Part shown: in pieces, positions 40,916 through 49,219 of the stretch
Numbering within the stretch: position 1 is the first letter of the stretch
How the letters are laid out: each line of letters opens with the position of its first letter
Source: Deltaproteobacteria bacterium
GTDB lineage: Bacteria > Desulfobacterota > JADFXK01
NCBI GenBank assembly: GCA_015233625.1
Contig: JADFXK010000002.1
Span: forward strand, 1 to 51,481
DNA: 51,481 nt
Direction: 5' to 3'
Notes under the pieces: generated by a model
The model's input: the letters and a program-made list of their open reading frames with translations, nothing else
What the model was told of the DNA's origin: nothing
The model's database searches: none
Translations under genes and position numbers: made by a program

Positions 40916-42121
40916 TTATAGTTTATCTGTCAAGTTTGGTGTTGATTCATAAAGTCGGCATAAGTCCAATTCCGCCCGGACAGCCCGGCGCTCCCGGGAA
41001 CTGGTAACCAGCCGGGCCAGGGCTGCATAGGCGGAAGCTATCCTGTCCCGCGCCCGGCTCAGGTAGACCCGAGATAGGCCGGCCTGTTGCGGTTGCCGGA
41101 AGGCTTGCTCCATGACCTCCGGCTTAGGCATCAACAGCCGCCATAGGCGAACGGGCCAGGGCGCCTTACCCCGGCGGAAGTCATCCAGCAGTTTCACAAT
41201 ACTCCAGCCGTCGGTCGCGAACGGGTAAACTTCGCACATCAACCATTCCGCCTGCTCCACCGCCCACGCCAACTCGCGGTGCAGCCGAGCCCCAAATTCG
41301 GGCGGCAGGGGGGCCTCAGCCAGGTTTTGAGCCAGGACCAGGAACGTGCCGACCGCTTGATGGACGCCCCAGTCGCGCATCCGTTGGTCTAAAACCGTCC
41401 AGTCCGGAGGTCGATGCCGGATGCAGGCGGCGACATCGTAGAGTGTACTCAAGCCGACGTGGAAGCGGTGATGGTACCCGGCGTGGATACAAACATGGAG
41501 CAAGAAATCCTCGGGCGACAGCGTCCGGCAAGGCTGCCCCAGCAACCTGTCTAGCCGGGATCTGTGCCAGACGTCCTCCATGTCGATGGCCAGGCCGCTC
41601 TTGGGGGCTTCCAGGGCCCAGTGCACCTCGACCGCGGTATGCCCGTCTTTGAACAAAGGGGTGGTCCCGTCCTCAGTGTCCATGAAGTCGGTAAAGCCCG
41701 GCCCGGTCGGTGGCGGCGACCACCCTATCCCTCGCATGACATCCAGGGCGGTGAAGGTGTCTTCCTTGCGGACCAGCCAGTCGAGGTCGGACATCGGGCG
41801 GACCCACGAGTCCTTATAAGCGGCGTAGGCCAGGTAGGCGCCCTTTAAGGGGATTACGTCAATGTGGGCCTGGTGCAGGGCGTCCAGGATGGTCCTAATA
41901 TCACCCTGCCGTCGCTGGTCTTCCGCTATACTGTAGAGGCTCGCCTGGCGTAAGGTTTGACGGGCCGCCTCCGGCACCAGATGTTGAAGTCGGTGCTGGA
42001 CAATAGTCCGCCACAGTCGATAGGTCAGATTCTGCCGCCGGGTCCATTGGAGAAGTGCGTCCCAATCGCCGGCCTGGGCGCGGTCCAGCCGCTGGGTCAG
42101 GACATCGCATTGGTCAGGCAT
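40916..42121 (-). CDS. nucleotidyltransferase-family protein (PF14907-like, uncharacterised)
   Basis: 401 aa. ...IDVIPLKGAYLA...MSDLDWLV...W.LE pattern, as in the NTP_transf_5 proteins found beside PqqD/HPr-kinase genes. GGAG 6 nt upstream. Confidence 0.65.
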   Translation of the reverse strand: MPDQCDVLTQRLDRAQAGDWDALLQWTRRQNLTYRLWRTIVQHRLQHLVPEAARQTLRQASLYSIAEDQRRQGDIRTILDALHQAHIDVIPLKGAYLAYAAYKDSWVRPMSDLDWLVRKEDTFTALDVMRGIGWSPPPTGPGFTDFMDTEDGTTPLFKDGHTAVEVHWALEAPKSGLAIDMEDVWHRSRLDRLLGQPCRTLSPEDFLLHVCIHAGYHHRFHVGLSTLYDVAACIRHRPPDWTVLDQRMRDWGVHQAVGTFLVLAQNLAEAPLPPEFGARLHRELAWAVEQAEWLMCEVYPFATDGWSIVKLLDDFRRGKAPWPVRLWRLLMPKPEVMEQAFRQPQQAGLSRVYLSRARDRIASAYAALARLVTSSRERRAVRAELDLCRLYESTPNLTDKL

Positions 42122-42278
42122 GATCGTCTCCTTTTAGGCCGGTGTTGGGAACCGGAGTCAGCAACTCGGTCGGGGTCAACTCCAACATCATGGGTTCCCG
42201 CAAGGTCGGGAACATACTGGTGCCGCGATAGACCATCCACGGAAAGGCTAAGTCGACAGGGGAGGTGAAGGGGTGCAT
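42114..42278 (-). CDS. unlisted 54-aa ORF with signal-peptidase-I-like Ser box (precursor peptide candidate or S26 peptidase remnant)
   Basis: My own translation: MHPFTSPVDLAFPWMVYRGTSMFPTLREPMMLELTPTELLTPVPNTGLKGDDHA*. GGAG lies 9 nt upstream. The stop overlaps the next ATG (ATGCCTGA). GTSMFPTL matches the GxSMxPTL box of S26 peptidases. Confidence 0.45.
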   Translation of the reverse strand: MHPFTSPVDLAFPWMVYRGTSMFPTLREPMMLELTPTELLTPVPNTGLKGDDHA

Positions 42279-42329
42279 GATAACGATCTCCGTATGGTGG
42301 AACGTAGCTAATTATACGACATAAGAGCG

Positions 42330-44090
42330 CTAGTGCCTGTTCTCCAACCTGGTCAGCCGGGAGACTTGATAGACATTGATTTGGCCCAGGCCGCGCACGG
42401 TGATGACTTCTTGTTCGGCGACCACGTTATCCTGAATCAGATCATAGGTCGGGGTGTCCACCAACATGAGCTGATCAGTCGCCTGGCTTTCCAATTTGGC
42501 GGCCAGGTTGACTGAATTTCCCAGGTAGGTGAATTCTCTTTTGATATAGTTTCCCAGGATAATTGCATAGATTTCACCAGTGCTGACGCCCATGCGGACC
42601 TGGATATCGGTATCGACGCCATAGACCTGGCGGAGTTTGCGGTTTTTGTGGATCAAAGCCCGATGGATATCCACTCCGGCTTTGATGGCGTTGAGGGCTA
42701 CGGCCGGCACCGGCTGATTTCCGTGTTCAAATATGGCCATGAAACCATCGCCTAAGAATTTGTCGATGTAACCATCATGTTGATAAATGATTAAACACAG
42801 GCGGTCGATTAATTCATCGATCATTTTCACGGTCATATCTTCGTCCGAGCGTTTCATTAGCCCGCTGAAGCCGACGATATCGACAAAGATGGTGGAGGCG
42901 AATATCTTGGCCCGGTTCTTGGCCGCAGTAAAGGGATTGATGCTCCGGCCCAGCCGGTTTCTGATGAACATGGAGTCGTTGTAGACCAGATCTGAGGTCA
43001 GCAACTCCGCAGACAGGTATTTATCAATCACTCTGGCCGTATTAAAGGCCCGAATAATCACGCTGTTAATTCCGAGTATCATGCCCACTTTGGCCGATTG
43101 CCGGAGATACTCAAAGGCTTCCGTCTCCCGGTTGGTGGCGTAGTACATGGCTCCCATCTCGTACAGGATATCGGCCATAATTTGGTCTTGATCTTGCCCG
43201 CGCTCCCGGGCCACCCTGATGATGGCGTGAATTTTTTTCTCGGCCTGGTCATATTCATGCATGGTTTTGTGGATCTTGGCAGCCAGCAGTCCGGCACTAA
43301 GCCGGTCTAAGTGCATCCCTTCTTCACTGAATTTTTGCTCCAACTCCAGAGCATCGGCCAGGGCCTCTTCTAAGAGATTTGAGACAACGCGCCATTCCGC
43401 CTGTTCCAATCTGGCCTTTAGCAACCCTTTAGTATAATTAAGTTTAGAGAAAATATCCACTGCTTCATCGAGCCATCGGCCCACCGCTTGTTCCTTTAGG
43501 TCCATCAACCGATTGATCCGGGAAAAATTGACCAGGGAATAGGCGTAAATCATTGAAGAAGTGTCGTCGGCGTTTTTTAAGTATCTGGAGTACGAATCTT
43601 CTTTGTCTAAGGCGATATACTTTCTGGCCCGGCTGAACCGGTTGAGAGCCAGATTGGCGGTGCCCAGTAACGAATAAACTTCACCGGAAAACTTAGCCTG
43701 GGAGGGATGGGTCAAGGTCATATTCAGAGCTTGATTGAGGTAGAATTCCGCATCGAGGTAGTTTTTTTGGGCCAGATGGACGTACCCCAAAGATAGATAT
43801 ATCTTCAGTTTCCACCGGTCAAAAACGGGGTCATCGGTTGTCTCCAACGTCTCCAGGGCTTCATCCAGCAGTTCTTCGGCCCGGGGAAGGTAATTTGTCT
43901 TTTGCAAAATCAGGTTCTTGTACCATTTCGTAACTGCGGCTAGGAAGGGGTTATCCATGTATCCGGCCACCCCACGCTCAAACTCAGCCAGGGTTTTGAG
44001 AATTTGCTCGGTAGAACCGGAAATATCCAGGAAGTGAAAGGTATCCCCAATCTTCTTGATATCGTTTTCCAGAGAGTTAGAGTTTGGCAT
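42330..44090 (-). CDS. class III adenylate/guanylate cyclase with N-terminal TPR-like repeats
   Basis: C-terminal FVDIVGFSGL, KFLGDGFMAIF and GNSVNLAAKLES. The N-terminal 380 aa are helical-repeat rich. 586 aa. Confidence 0.85.
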   Translation of the reverse strand: MPNSNSLENDIKKIGDTFHFLDISGSTEQILKTLAEFERGVAGYMDNPFLAAVTKWYKNLILQKTNYLPRAEELLDEALETLETTDDPVFDRWKLKIYLSLGYVHLAQKNYLDAEFYLNQALNMTLTHPSQAKFSGEVYSLLGTANLALNRFSRARKYIALDKEDSYSRYLKNADDTSSMIYAYSLVNFSRINRLMDLKEQAVGRWLDEAVDIFSKLNYTKGLLKARLEQAEWRVVSNLLEEALADALELEQKFSEEGMHLDRLSAGLLAAKIHKTMHEYDQAEKKIHAIIRVARERGQDQDQIMADILYEMGAMYYATNRETEAFEYLRQSAKVGMILGINSVIIRAFNTARVIDKYLSAELLTSDLVYNDSMFIRNRLGRSINPFTAAKNRAKIFASTIFVDIVGFSGLMKRSDEDMTVKMIDELIDRLCLIIYQHDGYIDKFLGDGFMAIFEHGNQPVPAVALNAIKAGVDIHRALIHKNRKLRQVYGVDTDIQVRMGVSTGEIYAIILGNYIKREFTYLGNSVNLAAKLESQATDQLMLVDTPTYDLIQDNVVAEQEVITVRGLGQINVYQVSRLTRLENRH

Positions 44091-44319
44091 AATATCTCCG
44101 ATCAGGTGCCCGGCATATCGGCGTCTAAACCGAAACGCACAACAAAATGAAGGGCATTCTGGATGATCACAAGAAAAATGTCAAGGGAAGGTTGGAAGAA
44201 ATGACTTTTGAGGGAGTTGGCCGAGATAACGCTGAGGGGACTGGATGAGATGTCTGTTGGCGCGAAATTTGCTCTTCCTTATAAGTCATATTGCCAAACC
44301 CATAGAAAGGAGGCGGCCC

Positions 44320-45423
44320 ATGCAAGTGAATCAGACGGCATCTGTTCGACCACCCGGGGTGCCCGCGGCACCGAAGGACAAACCCTCTGTCGAGTTTAAG
44401 GAGATACTGTCGTCCTCAGGCACATTGGAAGCGGCCCGCCAACTCCTTTCCACGACCAGACAGTCTCGGACCTTTGATCGTCTGGTCCGGCAGGATCCGG
44501 AAAAGGCCAAGCAGGTGGCCGCACTAGTCGTAGAGCGTCGCCAAATTAAGGACCGGATGCCCATCGACCAGGCGGCGCGGGTCGACTTCGATGCCTTGAC
44601 TAACCGGTTAAAGCAATATCACATTAATCTCTATAATTTTTCTCAGATCAGAGGAGGTCCGCCTAATTCTATTCAGGCCAAATCTGCGGAGATGACACCG
44701 GCGGGTTCCCGCGGTATCAGCGAGACCGTCAAAAATCCGTCGTTAAGTCCACCTCGCTGCGTCAATCAGACTGCCAAAGATTCGTCGTTGGGTCAATCTC
44801 TTGTCGATGCGGCCAGAAGCAAACATTTGGGCAAGCCTCGGTCCTCGGAAAATTGTTATGAGCTTATGGCTAATCTCTTGGAGGATGTAGGCGTCAACTA
44901 CTATGGCCCCACCGGAGTTTACAGCCATCTGGTCAATAAGGCCAAGCAGGAGGGCAAAGCCGGCAATGCCTATTTGACAGGTGAGGGCCTGACGGGCACT
45001 ATTTGCGCTCCCCAAGACGTTAGTCGACTGATTATCTCCAAGGCTGACCTGAAGAATCCCGCCAAAGTGGTTGACTTGGTCTGGCAGAAACTGGAGCCGC
45101 AACTGAAAGAAGGAGATATTCTGTCGTTTTCATCGAAGAGATCCGGTCACACCGGGGTGGTTGGCCGCTATCAAGGAGAATGGTCCTACATAAATTCTGG
45201 TTACGCTGATCATCCGGTGCATTCCACGGCGAAATCTTCTCATCGGGTCGAGGAAGAAACCCTGAAGGATGAAGTGCTGGTCCACGTCAAGCGGGCTAGA
45301 AAGCATAACCAAGATTTGATGATCACCTTGGGGACGCCCAATCAAATCCAGGCCGCGCCTTATGCCAAGGGGAAAGTGTTAGCCAGGGCCGACAAAGGCG
45401 CCTCAGCGATGGAAGTCCGATAA
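44320..45423 (+). CDS. hypothetical protein with C-terminal NlpC/P60- or CHAP-like Cys/His pattern
   Basis: ATG at 44320 after AAGGAGG. SENCYELMANLL (Cys) and SGHTGVVG (His) about 95 aa apart. Otherwise unassigned. Confidence 0.5.
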   Translation: MQVNQTASVRPPGVPAAPKDKPSVEFKEILSSSGTLEAARQLLSTTRQSRTFDRLVRQDPEKAKQVAALVVERRQIKDRMPIDQAARVDFDALTNRLKQYHINLYNFSQIRGGPPNSIQAKSAEMTPAGSRGISETVKNPSLSPPRCVNQTAKDSSLGQSLVDAARSKHLGKPRSSENCYELMANLLEDVGVNYYGPTGVYSHLVNKAKQEGKAGNAYLTGEGLTGTICAPQDVSRLIISKADLKNPAKVVDLVWQKLEPQLKEGDILSFSSKRSGHTGVVGRYQGEWSYINSGYADHPVHSTAKSSHRVEEETLKDEVLVHVKRARKHNQDLMITLGTPNQIQAAPYAKGKVLARADKGASAMEVR

Positions 45424-45533
45424 TCAGGTTTACCAATCGGTTATTTGGTATTATTGTCTGACATGGCCATGACGCACTCCGCAAACCCTCGGCGGGATGC
45501 TTTTTTTGAAATGTTGTCGGCCGATTCAGTTGG

Positions 45534-45986
45534 TCAGTCGATGCGGGCGGTGCACTGGGTGGACAGGCCAAGGGTATCAGCCAAACCGGCGTTGATTTCC
45601 AGGGCGTATTTGGCCGGAGCCGGAGATTGGTAGTTTGGGCAGGGGTCAGTCTTGCAGGGTGGGAGGTTGTGAAGAATGCCGACGACGCGCATATCCTGGG
45701 AAAAGAAAATAATATCGAGGGGAATCAGGGTGTTTTTCATCCAGAAGGTCAGCTCTTCATCTTCAGGATAGATAAAGAGCATCCCGGCGCCTTTAGCTAA
45801 TTCTTTCCGAAACATCAGTCCTCTGACTTTTTTCTCCGGGGTATCCGCCGTTTCAGATAGAAATGCGGTGAGTTCTTTACCCGACTGGAAGAACCGGACG
45901 GTTCGTTTGCTGTCGCTCTGGCAAGCCGTGGGACAGAAAAATGAGGCCAGCAATAGTAGACAAAGGGTAATTTTTATCATGGCCAC
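45534..45986 (-). CDS. DUF192-domain protein (exported)
   Basis: Signal peptide, then RGLMFRKEL..GAGMLFIYPEDEELTFWMKNTLIPLDIIFF, the DUF192/COG1430 signature. Confidence 0.75.
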   Translation of the reverse strand: MAMIKITLCLLLLASFFCPTACQSDSKRTVRFFQSGKELTAFLSETADTPEKKVRGLMFRKELAKGAGMLFIYPEDEELTFWMKNTLIPLDIIFFSQDMRVVGILHNLPPCKTDPCPNYQSPAPAKYALEINAGLADTLGLSTQCTARID

Positions 45987-46168
45987 GAATAAGAGAAAGA
46001 CCGCCCCGCCGGGGAATAGTTATCCTCGCCGGTCAGAAGCGGTCTCGTCATTCAAGCAGTTAGAAAGCAAACGCCTAGTCAGCTTTGGGATAGTCAGCCA
46101 GGGCACGTTGGCGTCGGGTGTTTCGGACGTTTTCCGGGGATTATTTCCCCGGTGGCGGATCTGATTTC

Positions 46169-46453
46169 CTAGGCTTTGGCTTCTTTAATGGCTTTGATTT
46201 CTTCTTTAAGCTGATCTACTTCTTCTTTATATTTCTTAAGTTCCTCTCCTGATTCGTAGCCGGCCGAATCGGCATCATCTTTGCGGAACTTGTCTTTGAT
46301 TTCATCCAGGCCCAGGTACGTGGCTAACGCCCCGCCCAGTAATAAGGCTATCGGGATAGCTCCTTTTAATATGTCCAAAAAAGGTCCCCACCAGATGACC
46401 AGACCGATCAACCCTAAGACGACAGCTCCTCCCCCTCCAACTAAAGGCATCAT
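46169..46453 (-). CDS. small membrane protein with acidic coiled-coil tail
   Basis: 94 aa with two Gly-rich hydrophobic spans. AGGGAATTCGC precedes the ATG. Confidence 0.5.
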   Translation of the reverse strand: MMPLVGGGGAVVLGLIGLVIWWGPFLDILKGAIPIALLLGGALATYLGLDEIKDKFRKDDADSAGYESGEELKKYKEEVDQLKEEIKAIKEAKA

Positions 46454-46686
46454 GCGAATTCCCTCCTTAATGAAAAAAAATATTCAAACCTCTTAATATG
46501 CTTCTAATAACATATCACAGGAAAAGAAGCAAGAAAATTGGGCTGCATATCTTGAAAATATTTGGTTTCCGCTTGTCGCGGCCATTGGTTATAAGAAGAA
46601 GTGGTTGGGTGGAGACCAAAGCCGAAAAACGTTGCGAAACGATTTTTTTTGATTCGGTTGGGACTTTTTCGACGTTTTTCTCCGAT

Positions 46687-46722
46687 GGCCTGGTCCGAGA
46701 GATGACCGGGTCTTGCTTTTTT
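46687..46722 (+). terminator. intrinsic terminator-like hairpin in the crcB leader
   Basis: GGCCUGGUC (46687-46695) pairs with GACCGGGUC (46704-46712), 9 bp including 2 G-U pairs, followed by UUGCUUUUUU. Confidence 0.45.
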
Positions 46723-46798
46723 CGGCAATCTCATCAATACTAAGATTCTTGCCCAGGTCTGCAGATGACCTTGAATCTGAAACAAAGGAGTTGATCTG

Positions 46799-47173
46799 AT
46801 GCCTTTGGTGCTGCTTATTGCCCTGTGCGGAGCCCTCGGGTGCCTGGCCCGGTACTATGGTTCCGGATGGGTTTATAACCTTTTGGGAAGAGGGTTCCCC
46901 TATGGAACAATGGTGGTCAACGTCCTTGGGGCGTTTCTAATCGGCCTGATTATGGAGTTTAGTCTTCGGAGTAATCTGGTTCCGCCCGACCTCAGAACTG
47001 GAGTGACAGTAGGCTTTCTGGGTGGATTAACCACATTTTCTACTTTCAGTTATGAAACATTTAGGCTGATTGAGGCGGGACAGTGGCTGATCGCCTCTTT
47101 GAATGTCGTGATAAATGTTTTGGCCTGTCTCTTTTTTACCTGGTTAGGGATTACGGCTACCCGGTGGTTGTAA
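46799..47173 (+). CDS. crcB: fluoride ion channel CrcB/FluC
   Basis: 124 aa, four hydrophobic spans. GALGCLARY, GTMVVNVLGAFLIG and GFLGGLTTFSTFSYE motifs. Confidence 0.9.
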   Translation: MPLVLLIALCGALGCLARYYGSGWVYNLLGRGFPYGTMVVNVLGAFLIGLIMEFSLRSNLVPPDLRTGVTVGFLGGLTTFSTFSYETFRLIEAGQWLIASLNVVINVLACLFFTWLGITATRWL

Positions 47174-47242
47174 GGTCTGGTCGGACGCGTCCCGGCCGGC
47201 GGCCACGTCGGACCTGGGGCTGCCTGATGAAGGGAGAATGGG

Positions 47243-47737
47243 ATGAAGGCAGTGTTGGTTTCAATCAGAGCACCGTATGCCGATTTGATCTTGCACGGAC
47301 GGAAAACCGTAGAGTTGCGTCGCCGAGCGTTTTCGCGGCCGGTGGACCTGCTTTTTATCTACGTCCCCAGACCGATTCAACGGATCGCGGCCTACGCTCC
47401 AGTGCGGCAAATCGACAAGGATACGCCGGAGAATATCTGGCTCCGGTATCACCCAACGCTGGGGGTTAATCGGGATGAATACCTGGTCTACTTTACCGGG
47501 GCCGAATCAGCGGTGGCTATCGTTTTAGGGACGCCGGTAAACTTGCCGCGGCTGATTCCCTTGGCGGAATTGGGTTTAACCCCTCCCCAGAGCTATATAT
47601 ATCTGCGTGATAGCCAGACGGATTATCTGCTTGGTCAACTAAGGCCGCCATCGGATGAAAATCAGCTCCATATGGAATTCCACCCGAATGAACTCCTGCC
47701 TAAAGCTGTTGACATTGGGCCAAAAATGCGGGTATAA
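47243..47737 (+). CDS. ASCH (PUA-like) domain protein
   Basis: MKAVLVSIRAPYADLILHGRKTVELRRR... is the typical ASCH N-terminus. 164 aa. Confidence 0.6.
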   Translation: MKAVLVSIRAPYADLILHGRKTVELRRRAFSRPVDLLFIYVPRPIQRIAAYAPVRQIDKDTPENIWLRYHPTLGVNRDEYLVYFTGAESAVAIVLGTPVNLPRLIPLAELGLTPPQSYIYLRDSQTDYLLGQLRPPSDENQLHMEFHPNELLPKAVDIGPKMRV

Positions 47738-47775
47738 GATTGCATCGAGATAATCATCGGAGGAAAACGTCACCC

Positions 47776-48132
47776 ATGAAGACTGTCACCACATTTTGTT
47801 GCCTGATGATCATATGGCTGTCCTGGTCGCTTTTTCCAGGATGTGCCTCTGATAAGCCGAAGGCTGACAAGAAGGATGGGCCGCCAAAGGGGGTACTGGC
47901 GGTGTCCAATATCTGCATCTCCGGTTTTGGGACCTATCAGGTGGACCCGCCCAGCGGATTATATCGGCCCGGCATATACAAGGTCAATCTGTTCTTTGTC
48001 CCTAACCCGGTTCGTGACGGCAACGGCCAGGTCAAGGTTGGCCAGGTCGAAAAGAAACGTCTGGTGGAGTCCACCACGGTAACGATCAAGGAAGGAGAAA
48101 CCACCGAGGTTTCCTTTTATAAATGCTATTAA
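47776..48132 (+). CDS. small lipoprotein
   Basis: ATG at 47776. MKTVTTFCCLMIIWLSWSLFPGC with lipobox LFPGC. Confidence 0.55.
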   Translation: MKTVTTFCCLMIIWLSWSLFPGCASDKPKADKKDGPPKGVLAVSNICISGFGTYQVDPPSGLYRPGIYKVNLFFVPNPVRDGNGQVKVGQVEKKRLVESTTVTIKEGETTEVSFYKCY

Positions 48133-48190
48133 AGATGGGCTAGCCTCTGCCGGCTCGGACATTCGCCGACCCTTTGGGAAGACGTGGTGT

Positions 48191-48529
48191 ATGTCTGCTG
48201 GTCAACTTGCTTGCTGTCGGGGATCTGCCGTGAATATCAACCCTAAAAAAATATTTATAACCAAATGGTTGTTTGCGGCCTTCGTTTTTATTACCTTTTC
48301 GCTACGGCTGAGTATTGAGTTCAACCTTGTCGCCGTATGTATATTCGCTTCCTTGGTACTTATTGATTTCCTGGCGGATATATTTCCCCACAAGAAAAAG
48401 CACCTCAATCTCCACCTCTGCTTCAAGCGCAACCATTCGTTGATCGCGACCAATTCCGTGCCTCCCAGTGACCCTTATCTCGAATCTGGTCAGGCAGGTC
48501 CAACCGAGCGCGATCCCGAGGAGAAATGA
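48191..48529 (+). CDS. doubtful small membrane protein
   Basis: 112-aa ORF with two hydrophobic spans in an AT-rich segment. No convincing RBS. Confidence 0.25.
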   Translation: MSAGQLACCRGSAVNINPKKIFITKWLFAAFVFITFSLRLSIEFNLVAVCIFASLVLIDFLADIFPHKKKHLNLHLCFKRNHSLIATNSVPPSDPYLESGQAGPTERDPEEK

Positions 48530-48616
48530 CCAGGGCAAATCTGGAATCTGAACAAATGTAAGAGTTCTTATAATTCCTGGCCTGGCTCATAAGTCCAAAT
48601 TGGACGCGGGTAGAAA

Positions 48617-48657
48617 TGAATCCGCCGATTTAGCAGATGAACGCAGATGGAAGAGAC
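48617..48657 (+). repeat. solo end of a GCAGAT-family element
   Basis: gaatccgccgatttagcagatgaacgcagatggaagagacc. cgcagatggaagagacc matches the reverse complement of 38619-38635. Confidence 0.5.
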
Positions 48658-48740
48658 CTACGGGCGGATGGAATAATCGGAATTGCGAGGAGACGGACTG
48701 GTAATAAGTTGTAGCCCCAGACAGGTGCAATAGCAATAAA

Positions 48741-48790
48741 TAAAAAAGGCCGAATGAATCTTGATAACTTCAACCGACCTTTTTTTTTTG
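48741..48790 (-). terminator. hairpin terminator after tRNA-Ser (A/U-rich arms, potentially bidirectional)
   Basis: On the minus strand AAAAAAGGUCG ... CGGCCUUUUUU forms an 11-bp stem with a 26-nt loop, starting about 6 nt after the tRNA 3' end. Confidence 0.5.
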
Positions 48791-48792
48791 AA

Positions 48793-48878
48793 TGGCGGAG
48801 GGAGAGGGATTCGAACCCCCGGACCTTTCAGTCAACGATTTTCAAGACCGTCTCCTTAAGCCGCTCGGACATCCCTCC
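48793..48878 (-). tRNA. tRNA-Ser (anticodon UGA), class II with long variable arm, CCA encoded
   Basis: Reverse complement GGAGGGAUGUCCGAGCGGCUUAAGGAGACGGUCUUGAAAAUCGUUGACUGAAAGGUCCGGGGGUUCGAAUCCCUCUCCCUCCGCCA. Acceptor stem is 7 bp, anticodon stem ACGGU/AUCGU, loop CUUGAAA, T-loop UUCGAAU. Confidence 0.9.
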
Positions 48879-48923
48879 AATCTCAGGACCATGACTTGTC
48901 ATGCTGGCCCAAGATAACAAAAT

Positions 48924-48951
48924 ATTATACTTCATTTTGAATAAAAAGCAA
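48924..48951 (-). promoter_or_regulatory. sigma70-like promoter for tRNA-Ser (TTGCTT-N16-TATAAT)
   Basis: Minus strand: TTGCTT (48951-48946) and TATAAT (48929-48924), about 40 nt upstream of the mature tRNA 5' end. Confidence 0.5.
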
Positions 48952-48970
48952 GATATTTCTTGGTAAGAAG

Positions 48971-49014
48971 CAGGTCAACTGCATGAAATATTCATAGAAC
49001 GACTAAGTCCAAAT
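48971..49014 (+). repeat. dispersed upstream element, partial copy 3
   Basis: gcatgaaatattcatagaacgactaagtccaaat matches the reverse complement of 11321-11354 at 32 of 34 nt. Same orientation relative to the downstream (minus-strand) tRNA as the other copies have to their genes. Confidence 0.6.
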
Positions 49015-49176
49015 CTGTTTCTCGCAAAAGCCTATCTCTGGCGGGACCGCTCACCCCGATATCAACCGAATTGCTGGAACTTGACATCAGCGGGTGAATG
49101 CTTATTTTGTAACTATAACTATATGGAAACAAGAATTACGATCATCAAAAATTAACCTGCCCAGTTATGGGGCACG

Positions 49177-49206
49177 AGCCGGGTTATTGCGACCCCGGCT
49201 TTTTTT
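49177..49206 (+). terminator. intrinsic terminator immediately upstream of the methyltransferase RBS
   Basis: AGCCGGG (49177-49183) pairs with CCCGGCU (49194-49200), followed by a run of U through 49206. GGAGG at 49209-49213 and ATG at 49220. Confidence 0.55.
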
Positions 49207-49219
49207 ATGGAGGTAACTA

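Noticed and set aside
46600-46780. Fluoride (crcB-motif) riboswitch call upstream of crcB
   Set aside because: It is expected from gene context, but I could not align a P1/pseudoknot/P2 arrangement to the consensus by eye. It is reported only as an unexplained leader plus terminator.
46498-46785. Tracked ORFs 46498..46743 (+) and 46504..46785 (-)
   Set aside because: They overlap each other in an intergenic leader, lack RBSs, and have products with no recognisable motifs.
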